From a virus (lineage: Duplodnaviria > Heunggongvirae > Uroviricota > Caudoviricetes): 29,906 bases of DNA. The notes under the pieces were generated by a model, which saw nothing but the letters and a program-made list of their open reading frames with translations, did no database searches and was not told the DNA's origin. Location of the stretch: IMG/VR virus record IMGVR_UViG_2778261574_000001, positions 1-29,906 of that record; one strand, written 5' to 3'. Positions 8,519 through 18,007 of this stretch are shown here, one piece after another; position 1 is the stretch's first letter; each line of letters starts with the position of its first letter. The position numbers and the translations under genes were made by a program.

Positions 8519-9352
8519 TCAGCAATTGGTCAGAGTGTCAGCGGGGGCGTTACCGCCTGTTGCACGCTGGCGGTAGTCCTGGCGGCTGTCTTCATGGCTC
8601 AGCTTGTCCACCAGTTCGTTAAAGGCGGTCAACTGTGCCTGCATGGCTGTCTCCAGCTCAGACAGGCGTTCTTCCTGTTCAGACAGGGATTTTTCGGTGC
8701 GCGCACTCAGGTTTTGCTGCTCAGTGGCGACCAGCTCCACGGCCTTATGCACATCAGAGAACCGGGCATCATCGGACTGCTCTTTTTTGGTGAACAGCGC
8801 CGTGACACGGGCAAACAGGGACGGTTTGTCATCCTGGATTTCTTCCAGTTCGATCACCGTTTCCTCTGCAGCGGTAAAAAGATTGGCGGGATTCTGCTTG
8901 CGGTTTGCCAGCGGGTTATGGGCTGCACTGGCGCTGAATGTCAGCATTTCCGTACCCAGACTGGCGGGATCATCTGTAGCAGCCAGGCCGACCAGGTAGG
9001 CTTTGCCCGTATCTGCAAACTTCGGGCTGACTTCCATAGAGGTGAATAATTTCTGGCCTTTTTTCACCAGTTCCACCAGGGACTCCGTTGGCTCAACGTC
9101 GGCATACAGTGCCATCTTGCCCGCCAGCGGGCCTTCCGTGATTTCTTCAGCAAACAGCGCCGTCACCTTGCCGTAGCGGTTAAAGGTGCTGTCCGGCAGA
9201 TAAGACTTGATGTGCTCAAGGTTAATCAGCGCGGTGTACACCGCCGGGTTGTAGCTGGCTGCCATCTGTTCCAGCCATTCACGCTGGATTTCGCGTCCGT
9301 CGGTGGTGGCACCTTCCACCCCGATGCGAAAACGCTTTGCTTTCACTGTCAT
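8519..9352 (-). CDS. O: Capsid scaffolding protein O (with protease domain)
   Basis: 277 aa, MTVKAKRFRIGVEGATTDGREIQREWLEQMAASYNPAVYTALINLEHIK...; P2 gpO family; ATG at 9350-9352. Confidence 0.9.
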   Translation of the reverse strand: MTVKAKRFRIGVEGATTDGREIQREWLEQMAASYNPAVYTALINLEHIKSYLPDSTFNRYGKVTALFAEEITEGPLAGKMALYADVEPTESLVELVKKGQKLFTSMEVSPKFADTGKAYLVGLAATDDPASLGTEMLTFSASAAHNPLANRKQNPANLFTAAEETVIELEEIQDDKPSLFARVTALFTKKEQSDDARFSDVHKAVELVATEQQNLSARTEKSLSEQEERLSELETAMQAQLTAFNELVDKLSHEDSRQDYRQRATGGNAPADTLTNC

Positions 9353-9430
9353 GAGCCGTGCTCCGTTAGAAAAAACTTACTGGAGCCTTATGGTTGCGGT
9401 GATGGGGGCAGTGAAACAATGCGCGGTATT

Positions 9431-9448
9431 TGTACCGACAACCACACA
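9431..9448. promoter_or_regulatory. TGT-N12-ACA dyad in the divergent O/P intergenic region; candidate late-promoter activator (Ogr-type) site
   Basis: Sequence tgtaccgacaaccacaca read directly; P2 late promoters P_O and P_P lie in this intergenic region. Confidence 0.4.
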
Positions 9449-9494
9449 AACCGCAGGCGGGGAAAGCCTTCATTCAAGGCTGTAGGTTTGTGCC

Positions 9495-11261
9495 ATGAAC
9501 ACCACACTGACATCCGCAGATCTCGATCCCCGTCGGCAGGCCATGCTGCTGTACTTTCAGGGATATCGCGTAGCCCGCATTGCTGAAATGCTGGGCGAGA
9601 AAGTTGCAACCGTTCACAGCTGGAAAAAACGCGACAAGTGGGGTGACTATGGGCCGCTGGATCAGATGCAGCTCACCACCGCCGCACGCTACTGCCAGCT
9701 CATTATGAAGGAGCACAAAGAAGGGAAAGATTTCAAAGAGATTGACCTGCTGGCGCGCCAGTCGGAGCGCCATGCGCGGATCGGCAAGTTTAACAATGGC
9801 GGCAACGAAGCCGACTTAAACCCTAACGTCGCCAACCGCAACAAAGGCCCGCGTCGTCAGCCGGAAAAGAACGTTTTCACCGATGAACAGATTGAGAAGC
9901 TGGAAGAAATCTTCCATTCCTCCATGTTCAACTATCAGCGCCACTGGTGGGAAGCCGGAAAAACCAACCGCATCCGCAACCTGCTGAAGTCACGCCAGAT
10001 CGGTGCGACCTTTTACTTTGCCCGTGAAGCCCTGATTGACGCCCTGCTTACCGGACGTAACCAGATTTTCCTTTCTGCCAGTAAGGCACAGGCTCACGTC
10101 TTTAAGCAGTATATCATCGACTTCGCCAAAGAAGTGGAGGTGGAGCTGAAAGGCGATCCGATGGTGCTTCCCAACGGGGCCACACTGTATTTCCTCGGCA
10201 CCAATGCCCGCACGGCCCAGAGTTACCACGGCAACCTGTATCTGGATGAATATTTCTGGATACCGAAATTCCAGGAGCTGCGCAAAGTGGCTTCCGGTAT
10301 GGCTATTCACAAGAAATGGCGACAGACCTATTTTTCCACGCCATCCAGCCTGACACACAGTGCTTATCCGTTCTGGTCCGGTGCGCTGTTCAACCGTGGG
10401 CGCAACAAAGCCGATAAGGTGGACATCGACCTGTCCCACAGCAATCTGGCCCCCGGCCTGCTGTGCGCAGACGGGCAATACCGCCAGATAGTCACCGTGG
10501 AAGATGCGGTACGCGGCGGCTGTAACCTGTTCGACCTCGACCAGTTGCGCATGGAGTACAGCCCGGACGAATACCAGAACCTGCTGATGTGCGAGTTCGT
10601 TGACGATCTCGCATCTGTGTTCCCGCTCAGCGAATTGCAGACGTGCATGGTGGACAGCTGGGAAGTCTGGACCGACTTTCATGCACTGGCCCTGCGCCCG
10701 TTTGGCTGGCGCGAAGTGTGGATCGGTTATGACCCGGCAAAAGGTACGCAGAACGGCGACAGCGCCGGATGCGTGGTGGTGGCACCGCCAGCCGTGCCAG
10801 GCGGTAAGTTCCGCATTCTTGAGCGTCACCAGTGGCGCGGGATGGACTTCCGCGCCCAGGCTGACGCCATCAAAAAACTGACCGAACAGTACAACGTGAC
10901 CTATATCGGTATCGACTCAACCGGCGTCGGTCACGGGGTTTACGAGAACGTGAAAGCGTTCTTTCCTGCCGTCCGGGAGTTTGTCTACAACCCCAACGTT
11001 AAAAACGCCCTGGTACTCAAGGCCTACGACATTATCAGCCACCGCCGTCTGGAGTTTGACGCCGGACATACCGACATTGCGCAGTCATTCATGGCAATCC
11101 GTCGCGCCACCACCGCCAGTGGCAACCGCCCGACCTACGAAGCCAGCCGCAGCGAAGAAGCCAGCCATGCCGATCTGGCATGGGCAACCATGCACGCACT
11201 GTTTAACGAACCGCTGCAGGGCGAGTCCGCCAATACCAGCAATATTGTGGAGATTTTTTGA
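9495..11261 (+). CDS. P: Terminase large (ATPase) subunit P
   Basis: 588 aa, MNTTLTSADLDPRRQAMLLYFQGYRVARIAEMLGEKVATVHSWKKRDKWG...; P2 gpP size and sequence family; divergent from O. Confidence 0.95.
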   Translation: MNTTLTSADLDPRRQAMLLYFQGYRVARIAEMLGEKVATVHSWKKRDKWGDYGPLDQMQLTTAARYCQLIMKEHKEGKDFKEIDLLARQSERHARIGKFNNGGNEADLNPNVANRNKGPRRQPEKNVFTDEQIEKLEEIFHSSMFNYQRHWWEAGKTNRIRNLLKSRQIGATFYFAREALIDALLTGRNQIFLSASKAQAHVFKQYIIDFAKEVEVELKGDPMVLPNGATLYFLGTNARTAQSYHGNLYLDEYFWIPKFQELRKVASGMAIHKKWRQTYFSTPSSLTHSAYPFWSGALFNRGRNKADKVDIDLSHSNLAPGLLCADGQYRQIVTVEDAVRGGCNLFDLDQLRMEYSPDEYQNLLMCEFVDDLASVFPLSELQTCMVDSWEVWTDFHALALRPFGWREVWIGYDPAKGTQNGDSAGCVVVAPPAVPGGKFRILERHQWRGMDFRAQADAIKKLTEQYNVTYIGIDSTGVGHGVYENVKAFFPAVREFVYNPNVKNALVLKAYDIISHRRLEFDAGHTDIAQSFMAIRRATTASGNRPTYEASRSEEASHADLAWATMHALFNEPLQGESANTSNIVEIF

Positions 11262-12301
11262 TGAAAGAACATATCGCGCCAGGCGAAACCGTAACTGCAG
11301 AAGAAACTAAAAAACCCGTTGCGGAGGCTTTCAGCTTTGGTGATCCCATTCCTGTACTGGACCGCCGCGAACTGCTGGACTATGTGGAATGCGTACAGAT
11401 GGATCGCTGGTATGAGCCGCCCGTCAGCTTTGACGGACTGGCGCGCACCTTCCGCGCCGCCGTGCACCACAGCTCCCCGATCAGTGTTAAGCGTGACATT
11501 ATCAGCAGTACCTATATTCCACATCGCCTTCTCAGCCAGCAGGCATTTACCCGTTTTGTGCAGGACTATCTGGTTTTTGGTAACGCCTACCTGGAGAAAC
11601 GCACGAACCGCTTTGGTGAAGTTATTTCGCTGGAGCCTGCACTGGCAAAATACACCCGACGCGGGCTTGACCTTGAAACATACTGGTTTGTGCAATACAG
11701 CCTGACGACACAGCCGTATCAGTTCACAAAAGGTAACGTCTTCCACCTGATGGAGCCGGATATCAACCAGGAGATTTATGGTCTACCGGGTTACCTTTCT
11801 GCCATTCCGTCAGCTCTGCTCAACGAATCCGCCACGCTGTTCCGCCGCAAGTATTACATTAACGGCAGCCACGCAGGCTTCATCATGTACATGACCGACG
11901 CCGCACAGAACCAGGAGGATGTGAACAACATCCGCAAGGCAATGAAAAGTGCTAAAGGACCGGGCAACTTCCGCAACCTGTTTATGTACTCGCCTAACGG
12001 CAAAAAAGATGGCATTCAGATTATCCCGTTGTCGGAAGTCGCGGCGAAGGATGAATTTCTGAACATCAAGAACGTCAGCCGCGATGACATGATGGCGGCT
12101 CACCGCGTACCGCCGCAAATGATGGGCATCATTCCCAACAACACTGGCGGCTTTGGGGATGTGGAAAAAGCGAGCCGTGTCTTCGTCCGCAATGAACTGA
12201 TGCCCCTGCAAAAGCGACTGCAGGAGCTGAATGACTGGCTGGATGAAGAGGTTATCCGTTTTGAAGCCTATGACTTAGGACTTAAGGGCAAACGAAGCTG
12301 A
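11261..12301 (+). CDS. Q: Portal vertex protein Q
   Basis: ORF track starts at TTG 11258; true ATG at 11261 overlaps the P stop (TGATG). MKEHIAPGETVTAEETKKPVAEAFSFGDPIPVLDRRELLDYVECVQMDRWYEPP...; P2 gpQ family. Confidence 0.95.
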   Translation: MKEHIAPGETVTAEETKKPVAEAFSFGDPIPVLDRRELLDYVECVQMDRWYEPPVSFDGLARTFRAAVHHSSPISVKRDIISSTYIPHRLLSQQAFTRFVQDYLVFGNAYLEKRTNRFGEVISLEPALAKYTRRGLDLETYWFVQYSLTTQPYQFTKGNVFHLMEPDINQEIYGLPGYLSAIPSALLNESATLFRRKYYINGSHAGFIMYMTDAAQNQEDVNNIRKAMKSAKGPGNFRNLFMYSPNGKKDGIQIIPLSEVAAKDEFLNIKNVSRDDMMAAHRVPPQMMGIIPNNTGGFGDVEKASRVFVRNELMPLQKRLQELNDWLDEEVIRFEAYDLGLKGKRS

Positions 12302-12336
12302 CATACTCATAACATCAATAACCGACCAACTCTCAC

Positions 12337-12372
12337 AACGCCTCAGCAGCATTCTGCGGGGCGTTTCTTTTT
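12337..12372 (+). terminator. Putative rho-independent terminator downstream of Q
   Basis: GC-rich stem (aacgcc...ggcgtt) followed by tttcttttt, read directly. Confidence 0.4.
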
Positions 12373-12384
12373 GCCCTGACATCT

Positions 12385-12394
12385 CCCCCCCCCC
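12385..12394. repeat. Homopolymeric C10 tract between Q and the cos-like site
   Basis: atctCCCCCCCCCCtcc read directly from the sequence. Confidence 0.9.
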
Positions 12395-12464
12395 TCCACT
12401 AAATGAGGCCGCCAGCGGGCCAGAGGCTGTGCCGGATTTTGGCCATTTTACCCCGTTGCGCGCG

Positions 12465-12483
12465 CTCGTATCCCCGCCACGCC
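12465..12483 (-). other. Putative cos site (cohesive-end sequence)
   Basis: Minus strand reads GGCGTGGCGGGGATACGAG. The first 13 nt match the 19-nt cohesive end of coliphage 186 as I recall it (GGCGTGGCGGGGAAAGCAT), and the location next to Q is where P2/186 cos lies. Recalled from memory, not verified. Confidence 0.35.
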
Positions 12484-12600
12484 TGCCCGCTTTATGTAGT
12501 AGTTTTCATGCAGGTGCATGATCTACGCGAAAGCCCGCCAATTCTGGCGGTCCCTAGCAAAAACGATCCTCAAACGATCATGCGATCTCATGCAGCATAG

Positions 12601-13443
12601 TCATGCACGATCATTTGACTCAGCATCTGCTGCACGCTTGCTGCGCGAAGATGCACTTTTACTATCAATCTTTCGACAGTTCTTTCTATCCCTGGCTTCA
12701 TTTTCTTTAAATTTGTTATATGTCTCAGTATCAAAAAACGAAATTGTTTCAACCTCATCTTTTGGTATGAGCACACGGAAATCTTCGATATTAAGCCGAG
12801 ACATTCCACTTATCACACCACTATCAAGATAATGTTGGTGATAGTTAGTCGTGATACTAATCGTTAGATCATCTTTATCCCGATATCCGCTTAACATCGG
12901 GAGAAGTTCAAGGTGCTCTGAAAGCCCGTTTTCTAACGCCGGACAAGTAACAAGACCAACATAGATTTTGCGAGACGACAGAGTTGCTATGATCGGAAAC
13001 TGTCTTGCGGACGCTTCCATGAGTAATGATTCGAAAGCGTTATTACCTACAGCTTTAGCTAAGGCATCCCAGCGACGATCTCCACGTGATGTGCGTAACT
13101 TATTTCCAAAACCTGAAATCGCAGCGAGGACAATTGAAATCATAACCCATGCTATCTGTTTGATTTCATTTATTCTTTGAAGTTTGTCTTTCGATGAAGA
13201 CAACATGCCATTAAAACTGTCAGGTGTTAGATTCAAGGCATTAGCCAGCCAACGAAACCCTCCGCTGACGTTCAAAATAAAGGTGAAAAAACCGCCAAGG
13301 AGAAAAAAAACGATACCCCAGGCAGCCACAAAAAAATAAGCGTCCCAGCCGTTGGAACGCTTATATCGGTATCTTGTTGAAAGTGATAGGTTTACATAAA
13401 TAAAACCACTAACCAAAATCACTGCTAAAAGTAATGTTGCCAT
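12601..13443 (-). CDS. Hypothetical membrane protein: three N-terminal TM helices plus a ~170-aa soluble C-terminal domain; cargo gene in the P2 old/tin hotspot
   Basis: 280 aa. Predicted TM helices: ATLLLAVILVSGFIYVNL, AYFFVAAWGIVFFLLGGFFTFILNV, IAWVMISIVLAAISGF. ATG at 13441-13443 overlaps the upstream gene stop (TAATG). Region is visibly AT-rich relative to the phage backbone (by eye). No family recognised. Confidence 0.7.
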   Translation of the reverse strand: MATLLLAVILVSGFIYVNLSLSTRYRYKRSNGWDAYFFVAAWGIVFFLLGGFFTFILNVSGGFRWLANALNLTPDSFNGMLSSSKDKLQRINEIKQIAWVMISIVLAAISGFGNKLRTSRGDRRWDALAKAVGNNAFESLLMEASARQFPIIATLSSRKIYVGLVTCPALENGLSEHLELLPMLSGYRDKDDLTISITTNYHQHYLDSGVISGMSRLNIEDFRVLIPKDEVETISFFDTETYNKFKENEARDRKNCRKIDSKSASSRSKRAADAESNDRA

Positions 13444-13658
13444 TATCTGGTTCTATTAGTTTTCTCTTTTACAGTGCTCGTTTTGATGCCTTCAAGCTTA
13501 TCCATCTGTGCCTTGATGGCATCCATTGCTCTTTTGTTAGACAAGTCTACGGACACAAAACCATCTTTACTAAGATTGAGTTTGTCCTGGTTCTCTTTAA
13601 GAACCCTTGCCAGACGTTCAACTGGGTTACCCAGGCTAAATGCGGCGATGCTTGACAT
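13443..13658 (-). CDS. Hypothetical small protein (71 aa), first gene of the two-gene cargo cassette
   Basis: ATG at 13656-13658 preceded by a strong SD (AAGGGGGAG, 4-nt spacer); charged, probably helical; translationally coupled to the downstream membrane protein. Confidence 0.65.
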   Translation of the reverse strand: MSSIAAFSLGNPVERLARVLKENQDKLNLSKDGFVSVDLSNKRAMDAIKAQMDKLEGIKTSTVKEKTNRTR

Positions 13659-13928
13659 AACTCCCCCTTTTCACATGGCGCGGAAGTCTACACTCCGACG
13701 CCTACAACCTCAACAGATTATCTTTAAAATTTAGACAACAATATCATCTGTTGATTGCGTTACTTAAACTTAAGTTCAATGCGCTCGATCATGCAAGCTG
13801 TTTCTTAAGAACTGTTAATTTCCTGGCATATATAGTGGTTAAGGTAACAAATTGACACTAACGCCTCGCATAGCTCGTTGTTCAACCTTGCTGACGCCAG
13901 AAGCAAGTTCAGACGCCAGCAACGTTTC

Positions 13929-14162
13929 TTAATGCAGCCAGCTGTCGTCTTCCCACACCTTCTGCATAATTTTCATCACTTGTTTTCTTTCTTCGTCCAG
14001 CTGCAATCCGGTCAGTTCCACACCGTTAGAGCTACCTTTGCGGATACGAATTACCGTTTTGGGATACAGAGGACGCAGATTGCGGTAAAGCTCGGATTCA
14101 AGGGCGTCCAGGGTAGACTGGCTAATCTTCTGCTCTTTATCGATCATTATTTCAATGCGCAT
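13929..14162 (-). CDS. DinI-family protein (186 Tum C-terminal-domain-like)
   Basis: 77 aa, MRIEIMIDKEQKISQSTLDALESELYRNLRPLYPKTVIRIRKGSSNGVELTGLQLDEERKQVMKIMQKVWEDDSWLH; co-linear with E. coli DinI (MRIEV...WESADDW). Confidence 0.85.
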   Translation of the reverse strand: MRIEIMIDKEQKISQSTLDALESELYRNLRPLYPKTVIRIRKGSSNGVELTGLQLDEERKQVMKIMQKVWEDDSWLH

Positions 14163-14173
14163 AAAAAGTCACC

Positions 14174-14362
14174 TCAACTGATGACATCCATTGAGCGGTT
14201 GTATTCGTGGGTTCTGATTTTTGCCATGAGTTCATCTGTTAGTTCAGAAACCCACTGCAAAGCCAGCCCCTTCTCTTCATCACTACACTCACTAGCCGCT
14301 ACAAGCTTAAGAAAAAAATCAATGCGCTGGAGCTTCAAAGACTCCAAAAAATAGTCCTGCAT
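14174..14362 (-). CDS. Small hypothetical protein upstream of the DinI-like gene (possible N-terminal part of a Tum-like antirepressor)
   Basis: 62 aa; ATG at 14360-14362 with a strong SD (AGGAGG); lies directly downstream of the LexA box and promoter. Confidence 0.55.
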   Translation of the reverse strand: MQDYFLESLKLQRIDFFLKLVAASECSDEEKGLALQWVSELTDELMAKIRTHEYNRSMDVIS

Positions 14363-14403
14363 CTTTCCTCCTATGACACCAAAGCAATACTGTAAATATA
14401 ACC

Positions 14404-14421
14404 ACTGTTTATATTTACAGT
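14404..14421 (-). promoter_or_regulatory. LexA (SOS) box overlapping a sigma70-like promoter for the 62-aa/DinI-like operon
   Basis: aCTGTttatatttACAGt = CTGT-N8-ACAG with AT-rich spacer, about 17/20 match to the LexA consensus TACTGTATATATATACAGTA; minus-strand TTTACA and TATACT hexamers flank it. Confidence 0.6.
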
Positions 14422-14514
14422 ATATAATAATCTTACTGATGTAAAACGTTTTTTTATGTTCATCAGCCTGATATGCCTGGTATTATTAAGAGCACGAATT
14501 GTTAACCCGCGTAA

Positions 14515-16929
14515 TTAATACAGGTTTCGCCACTTATCATCTTCCTGCAAACGCTGGTTCCGATAGAAGATACGCAGGCCTGCTCCTGACGGAATACTGC
14601 CGCCGCGAAGGAGTAAATCGACCTCTTTCTCGCTACCATCAAATCCTCTGGACTTCAGCTCATAGACGAGCTGCTGTCGCTGATGGTCTGTAATTCGCTG
14701 TTTGTAGTCTTTACGCCGTTTCGGTTTAACCAGGCGTAACCTTGCTGCCAGTTCCCGGCGCTCTTTTTTGCTCATACTGTGCAGGTAATCGTGCAACTGC
14801 TTGTCATCCATGCGGGTAATGTCCGTTCTGGTGCCCCCATCAGCTGATTTATCTTTCTCCTGTTGGTTCAAATTTTCAGCAAGGGGACAGTTATTGCCAC
14901 GAGTCCAAGGGGCGCAAGCGCCCTGGTCGGCTGCCGCCTCCTGAACGTCAACGGCCTTACGAACCATTTTCCACTTCACGGCATGAGTGCAGATCTTGCC
15001 CTCTGCAATGGGTGACCAGATGCCATAAATACGAATACCGTGATCGCCATAGGCGGTCGGCTCTTCGTTAATTTCATAAGCTGTTCTGATAAGGTGATAT
15101 TTGCGGGGAACCAGCACGCCGCCCTGCTTCATGATGTAGGTGGCAAAACAGCCAGCATCAGCAGCAGCCAGAATGGCATCAAGACGCGGGTTATCCAGTA
15201 CCGGCGCACCTGCTTTTTTGTCACCCTGTTGCCTTGCCGCCTGACCAGCCAGCAAGCGAAGTTCACGATAAGCCTGACGCCCCGGAATACCAAAGAAGCG
15301 GAATTGCTGAACACGATGCAGAGACGCCCAGGCATTCACGTATTCAGCGTTATCACGCAGAGATTTACCCGTTTCCTTGCTGATCTCGCCAGCCAGACCA
15401 CGACCGTCAATGTTCTTACTGATATATTTCGCGATGTAGCTTGTCGGCGTTCCTTTGCGCGGGTTAATCAACTCAGACTTAAAGCGCGGCCCAGTGTTAT
15501 TGCCCAGCTCCTCGCGGTCTTCACGGATGGCAAACTTACGCAGTAATGCAGTAATGGCACGGCGGTCTTTTTTGCGCATGAAACACAACAGGTGCCAGTG
15601 AACTGTGCCGTCATGATGCGGCTCAGCCACCCGCACGCCATACCAGCGCAACCCGGCTTTGTGCATCGCCTTACGAAATGCAGCAAACATGCCGACCAGA
15701 TAATCGCTGCTTTGTCTTACCGTCGCATTTGTCCAGGTTGGGTTTGGTCTGCCGTTATTGAGCGTGGAATGGAAACGTGACGGACAGGTAATGGTGTAGA
15801 AAACGGCGCAGTCACCGCGCATTTCCGCGATAAGCTCCAGACCTTTAACACAGGCCATCATCTCATTGCGGCGGTGCGCCGGGTTGCTGCTGCTGGCGTT
15901 TACCACGTCTTCCATATCCAGCGTGTCGCCCTCTTCGTTCACCAGTTCATGAGAACGGAAAAACTCCAGTGACTTGCGGCGCTGCTCACGTTTATGCATC
16001 ACGGCTTCATAGCTGACATAGGGAGATGCTTTTTTGCTGACCAGGCAGACAGCACGCAACTGCTCTTCCCGCCATTCGCAACGCATTTTCCATAATTTCC
16101 GGTACCACCAGTCGGCGCACAACATACGCGCCAGCGAACCCGGAATGAGTTCATAGGGCACGGGTTTACGGCGGTTTCTTTTCCGACGGAGTTGCTCAAA
16201 CGCAGGCGGGATGACATCCAGACGCAGGGTTTCCGCTGCCACCTTTTCCCATGTCTTGCGGATTTCTTCTGGCTTAACGTCATCGGTGGCATACAAATCA
16301 CCACAAGCTGCATCAAGGCACATGCTCATATGCGCAGCGACAAGGGTAGACAGGCGTTTCACCTGATCCTGACTCATTTCAGGCAGAATCAGCAGGCCGT
16401 CCAGCCCTACATGGCTTGCCATAAAACGAAAAGATGCAGATAGCTGGCTGTCGCGTACATGCTCCAGTCGTTCCAGACATGGCTTAATCGTCTCACGTAA
16501 ATAGCGGGAATAAGCCTTTGGCCTGCCCAGGCTGCTGAAGTATTCAATACGTTGCATCAGCGGCTTGCTGATATGGGAGGGCTGGGCGCTGACGTCTGCC
16601 AGAATGACCATGTCCGGGTTAAAACGCTGCTGCTCATGCGCCAACTTTGCCCGGCTAATGAGCTTATCCTGCTCTATTTCGCGTTGGACAGGATCACGGG
16701 ATTCATTAAAGAAATAACGCTCCCAGACCTGATCACTCAGTGCCTCGCGGCGCAGTTGTTCCTGCTCGTTATCGGCAGCGTACAGAGTGATCAGGTTTGA
16801 AAGCGCAGAAACCGGCGCAACTTCCGCCGGGTCCAGATAAGGGTTAATGGCCTTTTTCGGGCTGTTCCATGAGAACGATGCGGCAGCCTCGTTAAAGCCG
16901 CAGCAGTTGCTCATATCGGCATGGCTCAT
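14515..16929 (-). CDS. A: Replication initiation protein A (rolling-circle nickase, P2 gpA family)
   Basis: 804 aa, [37 protein letters not shown]...; P2 gene A family, of which P2 A is about 761 aa; ATG at 16927-16929. Confidence 0.95.
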   Translation of the reverse strand: MSHADMSNCCGFNEAAASFSWNSPKKAINPYLDPAEVAPVSALSNLITLYAADNEQEQLRREALSDQVWERYFFNESRDPVQREIEQDKLISRAKLAHEQQRFNPDMVILADVSAQPSHISKPLMQRIEYFSSLGRPKAYSRYLRETIKPCLERLEHVRDSQLSASFRFMASHVGLDGLLILPEMSQDQVKRLSTLVAAHMSMCLDAACGDLYATDDVKPEEIRKTWEKVAAETLRLDVIPPAFEQLRRKRNRRKPVPYELIPGSLARMLCADWWYRKLWKMRCEWREEQLRAVCLVSKKASPYVSYEAVMHKREQRRKSLEFFRSHELVNEEGDTLDMEDVVNASSSNPAHRRNEMMACVKGLELIAEMRGDCAVFYTITCPSRFHSTLNNGRPNPTWTNATVRQSSDYLVGMFAAFRKAMHKAGLRWYGVRVAEPHHDGTVHWHLLCFMRKKDRRAITALLRKFAIREDREELGNNTGPRFKSELINPRKGTPTSYIAKYISKNIDGRGLAGEISKETGKSLRDNAEYVNAWASLHRVQQFRFFGIPGRQAYRELRLLAGQAARQQGDKKAGAPVLDNPRLDAILAAADAGCFATYIMKQGGVLVPRKYHLIRTAYEINEEPTAYGDHGIRIYGIWSPIAEGKICTHAVKWKMVRKAVDVQEAAADQGACAPWTRGNNCPLAENLNQQEKDKSADGGTRTDITRMDDKQLHDYLHSMSKKERRELAARLRLVKPKRRKDYKQRITDHQRQQLVYELKSRGFDGSEKEVDLLLRGGSIPSGAGLRIFYRNQRLQEDDKWRNLY

Positions 16930-17783
16930 GCACGTACTCCGTACACGGCAGAACTATCCACGCCACGCGAATAATCAAATCCCACCCAGCAGCGCGGCCC
17001 GGAAACAGCAATGATTTCTGTTGCTGATTTACTCTCACCAGCTGCTACGCCGATGCTGCGTTTTACCTTGATATAGTGGTGAGTAAAATTGCGATACAGC
17101 GAACGGATCAGGGATGTGTCACTGTTAGAAACAATGACCGGATGTCCTTCTGATGACCGATGTTCAAGAACGGATGCCAGGTGATACTGGTCATCTTCAG
17201 TAAAGCCGTCAGCGTGATAGCCGGAAAACGTACCGTCATAAGGCGGATCGCAATACACCACATCCCCCGCCTTCAACATCGCCAGCGTTTCATCAAAGCT
17301 GGCGCAGATAAACGTTGCTCGCTGGGCTTTTTCTGCAAAAGCGCGAATTTCTTTTTCAGGGAAATACGGATTTTTATAATTACCGTAGGGAATGTTGAAA
17401 TGCCCGCTCTTGTTATAGCGACATAACCCACGGTAACCGTGACGATTGAGATACAGGAAATATACCGCTTTCATGAAATCAGTAATTTCAGTTGAGTAAT
17501 TAAACTCCTGCCTTATGTTGTAATAAGCCACCTCCCTGTTTGCGATCTCAAATAAAACTTTGGCGCGAGATATAAACGATTCACAATCAGCGGCAACCTT
17601 TTTATAGAGGTTGATTAAATCAGGATTAATATCCGCAACCAGATAGCAGGGATAATCCGTCTCCATCATCACAGCACAGGAACCCGCGAAAGGTTCAACT
17701 AGTCGCGGACCAGCAGGAAGATGTTTTTTCAGTTCGGATATTACGGCGGTTTTATTTCCCGCCCATTTCAGGATGGTGCTCAT
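16926..17783 (-). CDS. dam: DNA adenine methyltransferase (Dam family), orphan
   Basis: ORF track 16926..17843; I start at ATG 17781-17783 ([38 protein letters not shown]...), preceded by GGAGG; DPPY motif present ([10 protein letters not shown]); stop overlaps the gene A start. Confidence 0.9.
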   Translation of the reverse strand: MSTILKWAGNKTAVISELKKHLPAGPRLVEPFAGSCAVMMETDYPCYLVADINPDLINLYKKVAADCESFISRAKVLFEIANREVAYYNIRQEFNYSTEITDFMKAVYFLYLNRHGYRGLCRYNKSGHFNIPYGNYKNPYFPEKEIRAFAEKAQRATFICASFDETLAMLKAGDVVYCDPPYDGTFSGYHADGFTEDDQYHLASVLEHRSSEGHPVIVSNSDTSLIRSLYRNFTHHYIKVKRSIGVAAGESKSATEIIAVSGPRCWVGFDYSRGVDSSAVYGVRA

Positions 17784-18007
17784 ACAGCACCTCCGTTGTA
17801 ATGTTTGCCTTTCAGCTCTGCGATTTCCTGACAGGTAATGCAAAGCTGCACACCCGGAATGGCACGGCGGCGTGCTGGCGGAATTGGCGCTTCACACTCA
17901 ACGCAAAGCTCGCGGGACACGCCCGGCGTTTTGGCACGGGCAGCACGGATATGGCGCTGGCGTTCTTCTTCAACGCGCTGCTGTACGAGATCCATTGCAT
18001 CAGCCAT
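17780..18007 (-). CDS. TraR/DksA-family C4 zinc-finger protein
   Basis: 75 aa with CVECEAPIPPARRRAIPGVQLCITCQ (C-x2-C ... C-x2-C); P2-like phages carry a TraR-like ORF just upstream of gene A. Confidence 0.75.
   Translation of the reverse strand: MADAMDLVQQRVEEERQRHIRAARAKTPGVSRELCVECEAPIPPARRRAIPGVQLCITCQEIAELKGKHYNGGAV

Noticed and set aside
9990-10829. 279-aa minus-strand ORF inside terminase P
   Set aside because: Antisense to a confidently identified gene; no start context or family resemblance.
12518-12832. 104-aa plus-strand ORF spanning the cos region into the cargo cassette
   Set aside because: Overlaps the SD-supported minus-strand membrane-protein gene and the non-coding cos region; no start context.
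14389-14408. Possible second LexA box (CTGTaaatataaccACTG) just downstream of the consensus box
   Set aside because: Right half is CCAC rather than ACAG and the spacing is wrong; more likely part of the larger palindrome around the promoter.
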